A DNA stretch of 64,000 nt from Calditrichia bacterium (GTDB taxonomy: Bacteria > Calditrichota > Calditrichia > RBG-13-44-9 > J075): assembly GCA_050633245.1 (NCBI GenBank), contig JBOEGD010000011.1, positions 160,001-224,000 on the forward strand, in the 5' to 3' direction. Below the pieces are notes generated by a model that was given only the letters and a program-made list of their open reading frames with translations, made no database searches and was not told the origin of the DNA. Positions 39,891 through 48,457 of the stretch are shown piece after piece. A program made the translations under genes and the position numbers. Each line of letters begins with the position of its first letter. Positions within the stretch are counted from its first letter, which is position 1.

Positions 39891-41224
39891 AGTGCACCTC
39901 CGAGACAATTGTAAAATGTCGATAAATTTTGAGCATAATAGCGATAGCCGATATTGGCAGCTACGATAACCGGCAATAGTTTTAAGCGATGTTGAAGGCG
40001 ACGTGTATTACGTATGGCCATATTTTTATAACCATAGACATCGCGCCAGATTTTTTCATGGCCGTTTAGCAACTCTGTCGCAGACATTTGTGCTGGTTCA
40101 AAAACAACATGTTGTCCATCGTACAAGCTCCAGTCACGTGAAATAATGCGCTGCTGGGTCTCTAATTGCTTGAATAAGGGTGTTCCGGGAAATGGTGTGA
40201 GTAGAGAGAAGCGTGGCAGATCGATTCCGGTAGACATAACAAAATCCCGAACCTCAGAAAAGCTTTCAAGTGAATCAGAGTCATTGCCAAAAACAAATGT
40301 CCCATTGATGGCAATGCCTAAACGGTGCAGGGTCTCAACAACTGCTGCGTAGGTGTGTGGTCGATTAAAACGCTTGTTCGAGTCTGCCAGCGAACCGGTT
40401 GAAAGACTTTCAAAGCCGATTAGTAATCCTCGACAGCCAGAGCGAGCAAGGAGGTTGAGCAATTCTTCATCTTCAACAATGAGTGTTGTGGCAAGTCCAA
40501 ACCATTTAATTCGCAATGGGATCAACGCAGTAAACAGCTGCTTTGCATAGCGCCGATCGGCAATTATGTTGAGATCGTAGAAAACCAGATGCTTCGCACC
40601 AAGCTGCCGAATATCTTCCACTACATGCTGCACGGGCTTCAAGAATGGCTTTCTGCCCCAAGCTGACGGCACCACGCAGAAGTCGCACTTGTGTACGCAC
40701 CCGCGCGTGGCTTCAAATGTGTTCATAGACTTAAAAGCGCGCTTGTCTAACATGTCTCGTTTGGCAAAGGGGATGGATGGCATATTGTTAAAGGAAAAGT
40801 CTGGGGACATATCGTAGCGTGGTTTTAACTGCCCGGATTTATAGTCGTGTAGAAGTAATGGCCAGGACTCTTCGGCATAGCCGGTAACAATACTGTCTGC
40901 ATGTAGCTGCGCTTCCTCGGGTAGCAAGGTGACATGTGGCCCGCCGAGCACAACGGTTTTACCCTCGTTTTGAAATTGCTTTGCAAGCTCATAAGCACGT
41001 GGAGCCGTTCCGGTAATGACCGTCATACCAACCAGATCAGCATCAATGCGTTCTGGAAGATCCTCAATGCCCTCGTCATAGAGGATAATCTCAGCATTGA
41101 GTTTCTCTGGAACCAACGATGCCAAAGTTGTCAGTGTCAACGGGGCAACTCTGAGCGACTTGCGAAAAATGCCGGTCCGATGACGATAGAGCGGTCCCTT
41201 TGGGGATATGAGTGCTATTTTCAT
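39887..41224 (-). CDS. B12-binding domain radical SAM protein (paralog 3)
   Basis: 'APLTLTTLASL.P', 'VVLGGPH', 'RGCVHKCDFC', 'GFES', 'TPFPGTPLF'. Confidence 0.93.
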   Translation of the reverse strand: MKIALISPKGPLYRHRTGIFRKSLRVAPLTLTTLASLVPEKLNAEIILYDEGIEDLPERIDADLVGMTVITGTAPRAYELAKQFQNEGKTVVLGGPHVTLLPEEAQLHADSIVTGYAEESWPLLLHDYKSGQLKPRYDMSPDFSFNNMPSIPFAKRDMLDKRAFKSMNTFEATRGCVHKCDFCVVPSAWGRKPFLKPVQHVVEDIRQLGAKHLVFYDLNIIADRRYAKQLFTALIPLRIKWFGLATTLIVEDEELLNLLARSGCRGLLIGFESLSTGSLADSNKRFNRPHTYAAVVETLHRLGIAINGTFVFGNDSDSLESFSEVRDFVMSTGIDLPRFSLLTPFPGTPLFKQLETQQRIISRDWSLYDGQHVVFEPAQMSATELLNGHEKIWRDVYGYKNMAIRNTRRLQHRLKLLPVIVAANIGYRYYAQNLSTFYNCLGGAL

Positions 41225-41243
41225 TGCAAAACCTGCGGTTTTG

Positions 41244-41351
41244 AGTTCAAAGTTCAAGGTTCAAAGTTCAGAGTTAGACTAAAAAACTTGTGTCGAACAG
41301 AAGCTTATCAAGCTATCCAATGAATAAACGTTGAACTCTGAACGCTGAGCT
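41244..41351. repeat. Inverted arrays of 7-bp tandem repeats (AGTTCAA-like ... TTGAACT-like)
   Basis: AGTTCAA AGTTCAA GGTTCAA AGTTCAG at 41244-41271; TTGAACT CTGAACG CTGAGCT at 41331-41351. Confidence 0.7.
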
Positions 41352-41357
41352 TTGTTT

Positions 41358-42689
41358 TTAGTGTAGCCCGAAACGCATTCCCTGTTTTTTAAATGTCTCT
41401 TTGCGATAGAGCGGTGTATATCGCAGGTAGACAGCCATCTTATATAAAGAACTCATATTCGTACTGAAATCGAATGCTCGCCGGATGATTGCCCCTACCC
41501 GATTGTAATCTGATCGCAGTTGAAAGCAAGCTTCCGTTAATTCAGCAGGGGTCATGTTCTTTGGTTTGAACGTTGCGTGATTGAAGCGATATTCGGGATG
41601 CAGCCACCACTTATTATTATACAAGAGCCGTCCTTCTTTCTTCATGCGTTCGTAAAGTGGCGTTCCCGGATATTGAACAAGTATGTTAAAAGCGGCAAAG
41701 GTAAACTTGTTCTCCTGTGCAAACTGACCGGTTGCCATAATGGATTCCAGCGTATCATGATCATGCCCAAGAGTAAAGGCAGCCCAGGTTTGCAGCTTAT
41801 GCTTACGCAGAACTTCAAGCTGTGCCGAATACGTGTCAAATTGCTTGGTAAGGTTCGGGCCCTTTTTCATCCACTGCAGGCTGCCGGGATCGAGAGACTC
41901 AAAACCAATCACATTGCCAACACACCCGCTGGCGGCCATCAGCTCCATCAACTCGGGATCACGCGTCATATCTATACTGGCTTGAGAAACCCAGTGAACC
42001 TTTAGAGGGATCAACGCTCGGAACAACTCTTTGGCTGCTGCCTGGTCGGATACAATGTTGTCATCAACAAAAAAGATCAGTTTGCGCTCCGATTCCTGAA
42101 TTTCGCGAACCAATTCCGGGATATTGCGGGTATAGTGCTTGCGGCTAAAAAAAGAACTGACTGCACAAAAGGTACAGGCAAAGCGACAGCCGCGGGTAAA
42201 CTGCATCAGCTTGATAGGAAGATAACCCTTGCCCTTAAAAATATCTCTGCGCGTCATAACGCCTGGCTGCGGGACACCCACATTCGCTTTATAGACTGGC
42301 TTCAGTTTGCCTTTCTCGGCGTCGGCTATCATTTCTGCCCACCGAAACTCGGCATCGCCAATATAGATAGAGTCTGCATGTGCCTGAACTTCTTCAGGTA
42401 TCAGCGTCGGCTGCATTCCGCCCATAATCACCTGAACACCGCGCTTGCGGTATTCCGCGCCTATCTCATACGCTCGGCGTGCGGTATAGGTCTCTACGGT
42501 AATAGCAACAAGGTCGGTTTTCTCATCATAGGGAATCTCTTCACAGCGATCATCGTACATCACAACTTCAACATCCGGCGGGGTTAACGCGGCAAGAACG
42601 CCAAGCTGAAGCGGCTCCATACGACCTTCATCAACGTAGAGGCTGTGTTCCATGCGTCCAATATTGGGCTTTATAAGCGTCAATTTCAT
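41358..42689 (-). CDS. B12-binding domain radical SAM protein (paralog 2)
   Basis: 'MEPLQLGVLAALTP', 'VIMGGMQ', 'RGCRFACTFC', 'FFVDDN', 'YPGTPLY'. Confidence 0.93.
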   Translation of the reverse strand: MKLTLIKPNIGRMEHSLYVDEGRMEPLQLGVLAALTPPDVEVVMYDDRCEEIPYDEKTDLVAITVETYTARRAYEIGAEYRKRGVQVIMGGMQPTLIPEEVQAHADSIYIGDAEFRWAEMIADAEKGKLKPVYKANVGVPQPGVMTRRDIFKGKGYLPIKLMQFTRGCRFACTFCAVSSFFSRKHYTRNIPELVREIQESERKLIFFVDDNIVSDQAAAKELFRALIPLKVHWVSQASIDMTRDPELMELMAASGCVGNVIGFESLDPGSLQWMKKGPNLTKQFDTYSAQLEVLRKHKLQTWAAFTLGHDHDTLESIMATGQFAQENKFTFAAFNILVQYPGTPLYERMKKEGRLLYNNKWWLHPEYRFNHATFKPKNMTPAELTEACFQLRSDYNRVGAIIRRAFDFSTNMSSLYKMAVYLRYTPLYRKETFKKQGMRFGLH

Positions 42690-42701
42690 ATCAACCTCTT
42701 G

Positions 42702-44018
42702 TTATGCCGGTGAACAGCCACCCAGCGTGCGGCCTTGTTTATCTAAAATCTCCCAGCGTGCAACCACATTCGATGCCAGGAAGATGCCCAGGCGATAAGG
42801 ATTAAACCAGTTGTCCCGATAACTGAATGCGCGACGAAAAATACTGTTGTAGTAATTGAATTCCTTGCGAGCCATAAAGCAGCCATCGGTTAACTGTTTG
42901 GCGGTCATGTTCTTCGGCTGAAAGGTTGCATCGCCATAACGATAGCTCTCGGCAAGCCACCACTTGTCATATAGCAATCGACCCTCTTTCTCAAGGCGAT
43001 CATAAAGCCCGGCTCCCGGGGTTGGCATAAGAGGATTAAAGTTAGCCAGAAAGAAGTTATGTCTAAGGGCAAAGTCTAACGTGGTGCGAAAACTATCTGG
43101 AGTATCATGGTCATAGCCAAATACAAAGGTGCCGTAGAGCATAATGCCAAGGCTCTTTAGCTTCTTAATAGCTACTTCATAGTCGCCATACTTCACGTTC
43201 CACTTTTTCTTCATTTGCGCAAGATTGTCTTCATTAAGCGATTCGAAACCTATAAGGGCAGATATGCAGCCGCTGCGTCGCATAAGACGCAGTACGTCTT
43301 CATGGCGGGTAATATCTATGCTTACCTGACAAGACCAGGTGATCTTAAGTGGAATGAGTGCCTCGAAGAGAGCGCGAGCTTTATCTAAATCGACAAATAA
43401 ATTGTCATCAACCAGGAAGACGTGGTGCGGGCTTAGTGCCTTTATTTCGGCAATGACCTCTGGAATGTCGCGCTGACGGAGATCTTTGCCGTAAAAGGCA
43501 TGGATCGAGCAAAAGTCGCAGGCGAAGCGACAGCCGCGTCCATATTGAACCGGTGTGGCAGGGCGATAGCGTTTTCCCCTAAATATGCTGCGATCATAGT
43601 TCAGCTGCTTCAATCCGGGGTGAACATCTTGCCTGTATATCTTTTGAAGTGAGTTTGTTCGGGTGTCCTCAACGACCATTTCCCAGAGACCTTCGGCATC
43701 GCCAATTACTACGGCGTCTGCATGCTCCAGCGCCTCATCGGGCAGAAAGGTTGCATGATATCCACCCATGACGACTGGCACGCCGCGTTTGCGAAACTCA
43801 TCTGCTATTTGATAAGAACGCCGGGCCGTGAAGGTCTCAACAGTCATTGCGACGAGGTCGGTTGCTTCATTGAAAGGAATAGCTTCCAGGCGCTCATCAT
43901 AAAAGAGGGTTTCTACATCGTCGGGTGTCAGTCCTTTGAGGATGGAAAACACAAGAGGCTGTAGCGCATCCGAAGAGCGCATGTCGTATAGATTCGGGCG
44001 GATAAAAGTGATTCGCAA
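42702..44018 (-). CDS. B12-binding domain radical SAM protein (paralog 1)
   Basis: GGAG RBS + TTG 44018; 'LQPL...LKGLTP', 'VVMGGYH', 'RGCRFACDFC', 'LVDDN'. Confidence 0.93.
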   Translation of the reverse strand: MRITFIRPNLYDMRSSDALQPLVFSILKGLTPDDVETLFYDERLEAIPFNEATDLVAMTVETFTARRSYQIADEFRKRGVPVVMGGYHATFLPDEALEHADAVVIGDAEGLWEMVVEDTRTNSLQKIYRQDVHPGLKQLNYDRSIFRGKRYRPATPVQYGRGCRFACDFCSIHAFYGKDLRQRDIPEVIAEIKALSPHHVFLVDDNLFVDLDKARALFEALIPLKITWSCQVSIDITRHEDVLRLMRRSGCISALIGFESLNEDNLAQMKKKWNVKYGDYEVAIKKLKSLGIMLYGTFVFGYDHDTPDSFRTTLDFALRHNFFLANFNPLMPTPGAGLYDRLEKEGRLLYDKWWLAESYRYGDATFQPKNMTAKQLTDGCFMARKEFNYYNSIFRRAFSYRDNWFNPYRLGIFLASNVVARWEILDKQGRTLGGCSPA

Positions 44019-44095
44019 GGTTAATTCTCCAAGTGCGGAATCGTCAGTTATGCAGCTAAAATTGCCGATTGAAAAGTGCAATGAGCGTTATACTC

Positions 44096-44124
44096 ATGTT
44101 ATCGTTTTCAGCTGATATAGGCAA
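44096..44124 (-). promoter_or_regulatory. Sigma70-like promoter of the radical SAM operon
   Basis: TTGCCT-17 nt-TAACAT on the minus strand; adjacent ATGAG-N7-CTCAT inverted repeat (44081-44097). Confidence 0.45.
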
Positions 44125-44301
44125 TAGTCATTTCATGTGTTTTGCTGATGTTGTCAAAATGCTGAAATTTCGCTGTAGCGTCATGGGTCACGATGTATAC
44201 GTGAAATTATTCATACTATTTGCACAATATTGATCCTGGTTCTATGTTGTGATAATTAATGACATAAGAGGTCGTGACCTGGTGGTCGTGACGCATAATA
44301 A

Positions 44302-47300
44302 ATGATTTTCAGACGATCCTTTAAAATTTCTCTTTTTCTATTCCTCGCTCTTACGGCAAGCTCTGCATCTGCCGAAGAATTGCTGGTGCAATTTAAGAAG
44401 CCTGATCTGATTATTTCGTCAAAGGGTGTCTCTGCCAATTCACTGACTATTCAGGGGGTATTAAATACCTCGCCTCCCCAAGCAGCAAGGCTTCTCTTTC
44501 CGAATAGACAGCACACGCTTCCAAAACCATTGCGAAACATCTACGTTTTGACCTATGCTGCTGGAAAGTCCGGCGTTGCCCATTCTGCTTTGCAAAAGAT
44601 TGATGATGTGGTTTACGTGAAACCTAAGGTTACGCTGAGCATTCGTGGCAAGCAATCCGATCCGCTTTTAGCTGAACAGTGGTATCGGCAGACGTTAAAT
44701 ATTGACGAGGCATGGAATACAACTCGTGGAGATGCGTCAATTGTTGTCGGTATCATTGATACTGGCGTAGATTATCGCCATGAAGACCTTCAGGGGGCAC
44801 TTTGGATAAATAACGCGGAAGATTTGAACGGCAATGGCACACTTGATGCCTCGGATGAAAACGGGATTGATGATGATGGCAATGGCTATGTCGATGACGT
44901 TGTCGGCTGGGATTTTACCGATGCTCCGGCATTTCCAGATCAAGGCGACTATCTCGATCCTGATAATGACCCCGATGACGAGTTCCTTAGTGGACACGGT
45001 ACGCCTGCTGCCGGGCTCATTGCTGCCCAACAAAACGATGTGGGAATCGCCGGAATTGCACCAGGTTTGAGGGTAATGGCATTGCGAGCCGGAACTGCTT
45101 CCGGCTTTTTAGAAGAAGATGATGTTGCTGAGGCCATCCTGTATGCAATTGACAACGGCTGCCGAATTGTTAACATGAGCTTTGGAGACGTGGCTTTTTC
45201 GTATTTGTTGCGCGATGTGATTCGGTATGGCTCAGAAAAAGGACTTATCTTTGTCGCAGCTGCCGGAAATAGTGGTAGCAGCATTCCGAACTATCCAGCC
45301 GCCTATGCAGAAACGATTTCCGTTGGTGCAACGACGATCGAGAATCAACGAGCTTCTTTTTCCAGCTTTGGCAATACGCTGAACCTGGTTATGCCAGGGC
45401 AAGATGTTTTCGCTACGCAGATTGAAAACGGATATGGCAGCTTTAACGGAACGTCCTTTTCTGCTCCGTTAGCCTGCGGCGTGCTCGGACTCATTCTTTC
45501 AGCAAATCCGAACATGACGTCGGAGCAAGCAATTGGTGCCTTATACGGAAGCGTTCAAGATTTAGGGCTTCGCGGATGGGATGAGCGATACGGACATGGT
45601 TTGCCGGACGCAGCACGCGCTGTTACAGCGGGCAAGAATGGTTACGTGGCCATAACGAACCCCGCTGGTGGAGATGGCACTGCTGCTGATTTTGTACCTG
45701 TCATTGGTAGCGCATACTCGCCGTGGATCGATGAGGTTGTCCTGTCATACAGCGTTGGGGAAACGCAGCAGCGTTGGCAGGAAATTGAGCGAATTGATGG
45801 TCGCCAGGTTGTCGATGATACGCTGACTGTCTGGGATACCAGCAGTTTAGACGATGGTCGCTATACATTGGAACTGAGACTGAAGCAGCTTGCACTTGAG
45901 GATGTGGTTGTTCGCCAGAGCATTGAAATTGATCGTTCTCCGGCTGTCATTGATTCGTTCTTTACCACGAAGCTATATGATAAGTCTAAATCTGCGATCC
46001 TGATGCGTTTTCAAACCGATGACGTTACGTTGGCCCGCGCCAGTTTCTTTGATGAAAATGGCGCGCTACTCCTCAACAAAACGTCTACATATCGCAGTCG
46101 TGCACACAGCTTTTTGATTGGCGAGCAAGAACTTCCAACTACATCAAATGTAGTGATCGAATTACAAAATACTTCCGGATTAAATAGCCAGTTTGGCGAC
46201 AATGGGAATACGATCTCTCTTTCAATCCCAAAAGCCGCAAACCCTGAATACCTGCTGGATTTTGTCGGGCTGCTTCCCGTTAACGGATATTTTATGCCAC
46301 ATCCGGTCGACATGAACAATAATGGTGCCGCAGAAATAGTTGTCTCGGAGTTAATTGACGAACGTTTCGGATCGGTTGCGGTTTTGGAAACGGATGGCAG
46401 TAATATAACCCGCCTGTTTGAGACCGCTGAGACAGGTATTCCGCGAGCTGCCGGTGTCTTGCGGAGTAATGGTGGATTCGACTTGGCCCTTGGTCTGGGT
46501 AGCCGCTCAATGATATTGGGAAATGCTTTAACCGATAGTATTCCGAAGGAAGTGGTTTGGCAAGACAGCAGTGATTTTTGGATCAGTCGCATCATCAATA
46601 CAGATGATGACGCGGAAAATGAAGTTCTGGCGCTGCGATTTGGCACCTGGCGGATTTTTGAGGTCGATAATGCCTATCAGCTTTCCGAAAAACAAAAGCT
46701 CTCAACGGTAGGGGAGGGCAGCAATGTATTCGGTGTGCCCAACGCATTGTTTGCTGACTTTAATGGAGATGGAAAAGAATCCATCGTTGTAAGTGATGTT
46801 TCCGGACAATTGATTGTTTACGACCGGGCTGGATCTGAATATCTGCCTGAGTGGACGGCGCAACTTAACGGTCAGGGAGGCGAAAGTCTTTTGGCTGCTG
46901 CGGATGTCGATGGAGATGGCGTTCCGGAAATTGCTGCTGCTGTTAGAAATCAACCAAAAGTATTACTCGAATCAAATGTAAACGATAAGTTCTGGTCCCT
47001 TTCGGTATGGGGTTTTAACGATAGTGGCGAGCTGGTTCAGCTGGCTGAAGATAATATTCTTGGCATCACTGCGCAAAGTGGTATTCACAATGGTTTAAGC
47101 GCGGCAGACCTGGATAATGATGGTTTAGATGAAATTGTATTCCTGCCATTTCCCAACGGTTATGCTTTTGGCTATGAAGCAAATGAATTAAAACTTCGCT
47201 GGTATCAGGAGGGCGTGAATAGCAATGCGGCTCCCTGGGCAGATTTTACCGGTGATGGCCAAAAAGACTTATTGCTCAACACCGAAAACGGCATAGAGCT

Positions 47301-48441
47301 TTGGTCTTCTATTGAAGTCGGCGAACGGCCTGCCAAGCCTTTGGGCCTCAAGGTGTTACCGCTTAATGAGACAGAAATTCAACTATCCTGGCTTGCGGCG
47401 AGAGATGCGGCCTATTACCGGATCTATTCACGGACCGATGATCAATTTATTCTTGCAGATTCTACATCAGCAACCAGCTTTTTGGTTGCGGACTTACAGA
47501 CAGATAGCAGCTTCGCTTATGCAATTACGGCTGTAAATCAGCTTCTGCCACAGGTCGAGAGCCTTTTTAGCCGCACGGTTTTTGCTGTTCCTAACCGTCC
47601 TCCGACAGTCGATAGCCTGGTTGCGAAAAATGATAAACAGCTTCATATCTATTTTAGTGAAGCATTATCTGTTGCCAGTTTTCAAACTAATCGCTACCGC
47701 TTAAACTCTCGAACACCGCTTAGCGTAGCTCGCGGAGAAAATCGCAGTCAGGCTGTTCTTAGTTTTGGAGAATCGTTCGAAGCAAATAACGAGTTGTTAA
47801 TCCTCGCTCTGGAAGATGAACTTGGAACGCGTACGGCAGACTCATTAATTGTTAATTTTCCGTTTTCTGAGGTAATTCCTGACCTATATTTAACTTCTGT
47901 CGAATTGATCAGTAAAACCCGGTTGCGAGTTGTCTATAATTTGCCACTGGAAAATGCAAGTGGCGGCGAGCCTGCGAACTATCAGCTCGAGCCCAATGTC
48001 GAGGTGCTTTCGGCTTCGGTTAATGACAATGTTGCTCTCTTAACGCTTGCAATTCCGAACAGACTTAGCGTAGGCGAACCTCATGTACTTACCATTACTG
48101 ACGTTCGAGGTTTTGATGGCAACACATTGAGTAGCAATGGAAACAGTTTGCAAATTGTTAACAAGGTGCAGGATTTGGAAAAAATGGTGGTCTTTCCAAA
48201 TCCATGGCGCGGGGACAGGCATGATATGTTGCGATTTGCAAACGTGCCTGCAGGAACAGAATTGTTTATCTTTACGGCTACAGGAACAAATGTACGTGCA
48301 TTAAAAAATGATAACCCTTTCGGCTCGGTAGAATGGGATTTGAAAAATGATGCTGGTGATAAAGTCGGTAGCGGCGTATATATCTATGTAGCTCGCTTTG
48401 AGGGAATGGAAAAGACCGGCAAGTTGATGGTAGTAAATTGA
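44302..48441 (+). CDS. Secreted S8 subtilase with FG-GAP/VCBS repeats, FN3 and Ig-like domains, T9SS-type C-terminal domain
   Basis: Triad IIDTG / HGT / GTSFSAP; 'NGIDDDGNGYVDD' insert; DxDxDG repeats; 'VVFPNPW...SGVYIY' tail. Confidence 0.88.
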   Translation: MIFRRSFKISLFLFLALTASSASAEELLVQFKKPDLIISSKGVSANSLTIQGVLNTSPPQAARLLFPNRQHTLPKPLRNIYVLTYAAGKSGVAHSALQKIDDVVYVKPKVTLSIRGKQSDPLLAEQWYRQTLNIDEAWNTTRGDASIVVGIIDTGVDYRHEDLQGALWINNAEDLNGNGTLDASDENGIDDDGNGYVDDVVGWDFTDAPAFPDQGDYLDPDNDPDDEFLSGHGTPAAGLIAAQQNDVGIAGIAPGLRVMALRAGTASGFLEEDDVAEAILYAIDNGCRIVNMSFGDVAFSYLLRDVIRYGSEKGLIFVAAAGNSGSSIPNYPAAYAETISVGATTIENQRASFSSFGNTLNLVMPGQDVFATQIENGYGSFNGTSFSAPLACGVLGLILSANPNMTSEQAIGALYGSVQDLGLRGWDERYGHGLPDAARAVTAGKNGYVAITNPAGGDGTAADFVPVIGSAYSPWIDEVVLSYSVGETQQRWQEIERIDGRQVVDDTLTVWDTSSLDDGRYTLELRLKQLALEDVVVRQSIEIDRSPAVIDSFFTTKLYDKSKSAILMRFQTDDVTLARASFFDENGALLLNKTSTYRSRAHSFLIGEQELPTTSNVVIELQNTSGLNSQFGDNGNTISLSIPKAANPEYLLDFVGLLPVNGYFMPHPVDMNNNGAAEIVVSELIDERFGSVAVLETDGSNITRLFETAETGIPRAAGVLRSNGGFDLALGLGSRSMILGNALTDSIPKEVVWQDSSDFWISRIINTDDDAENEVLALRFGTWRIFEVDNAYQLSEKQKLSTVGEGSNVFGVPNALFADFNGDGKESIVVSDVSGQLIVYDRAGSEYLPEWTAQLNGQGGESLLAAADVDGDGVPEIAAAVRNQPKVLLESNVNDKFWSLSVWGFNDSGELVQLAEDNILGITAQSGIHNGLSAADLDNDGLDEIVFLPFPNGYAFGYEANELKLRWYQEGVNSNAAPWADFTGDGQKDLLLNTENGIELWSSIEVGERPAKPLGLKVLPLNETEIQLSWLAARDAAYYRIYSRTDDQFILADSTSATSFLVADLQTDSSFAYAITAVNQLLPQVESLFSRTVFAVPNRPPTVDSLVAKNDKQLHIYFSEALSVASFQTNRYRLNSRTPLSVARGENRSQAVLSFGESFEANNELLILALEDELGTRTADSLIVNFPFSEVIPDLYLTSVELISKTRLRVVYNLPLENASGGEPANYQLEPNVEVLSASVNDNVALLTLAIPNRLSVGEPHVLTITDVRGFDGNTLSSNGNSLQIVNKVQDLEKMVVFPNPWRGDRHDMLRFANVPAGTELFIFTATGTNVRALKNDNPFGSVEWDLKNDAGDKVGSGVYIYVARFEGMEKTGKLMVVN

Positions 48442-48457
48442 AACGGAATGGAGCAGC

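Noticed and set aside
38514-44018. Naming the rSAMs hpnJ/hpnP/hpnR or bchE
   Set aside because: Only family-level motifs are visible and the neighbours are not hopanoid or bacteriochlorophyll genes
44019-44301. RiPP precursor peptide for the rSAM cluster
   Set aside because: No convincing small ORF with an RBS here or in the other cluster gaps; no RRE or SPASM motifs seen
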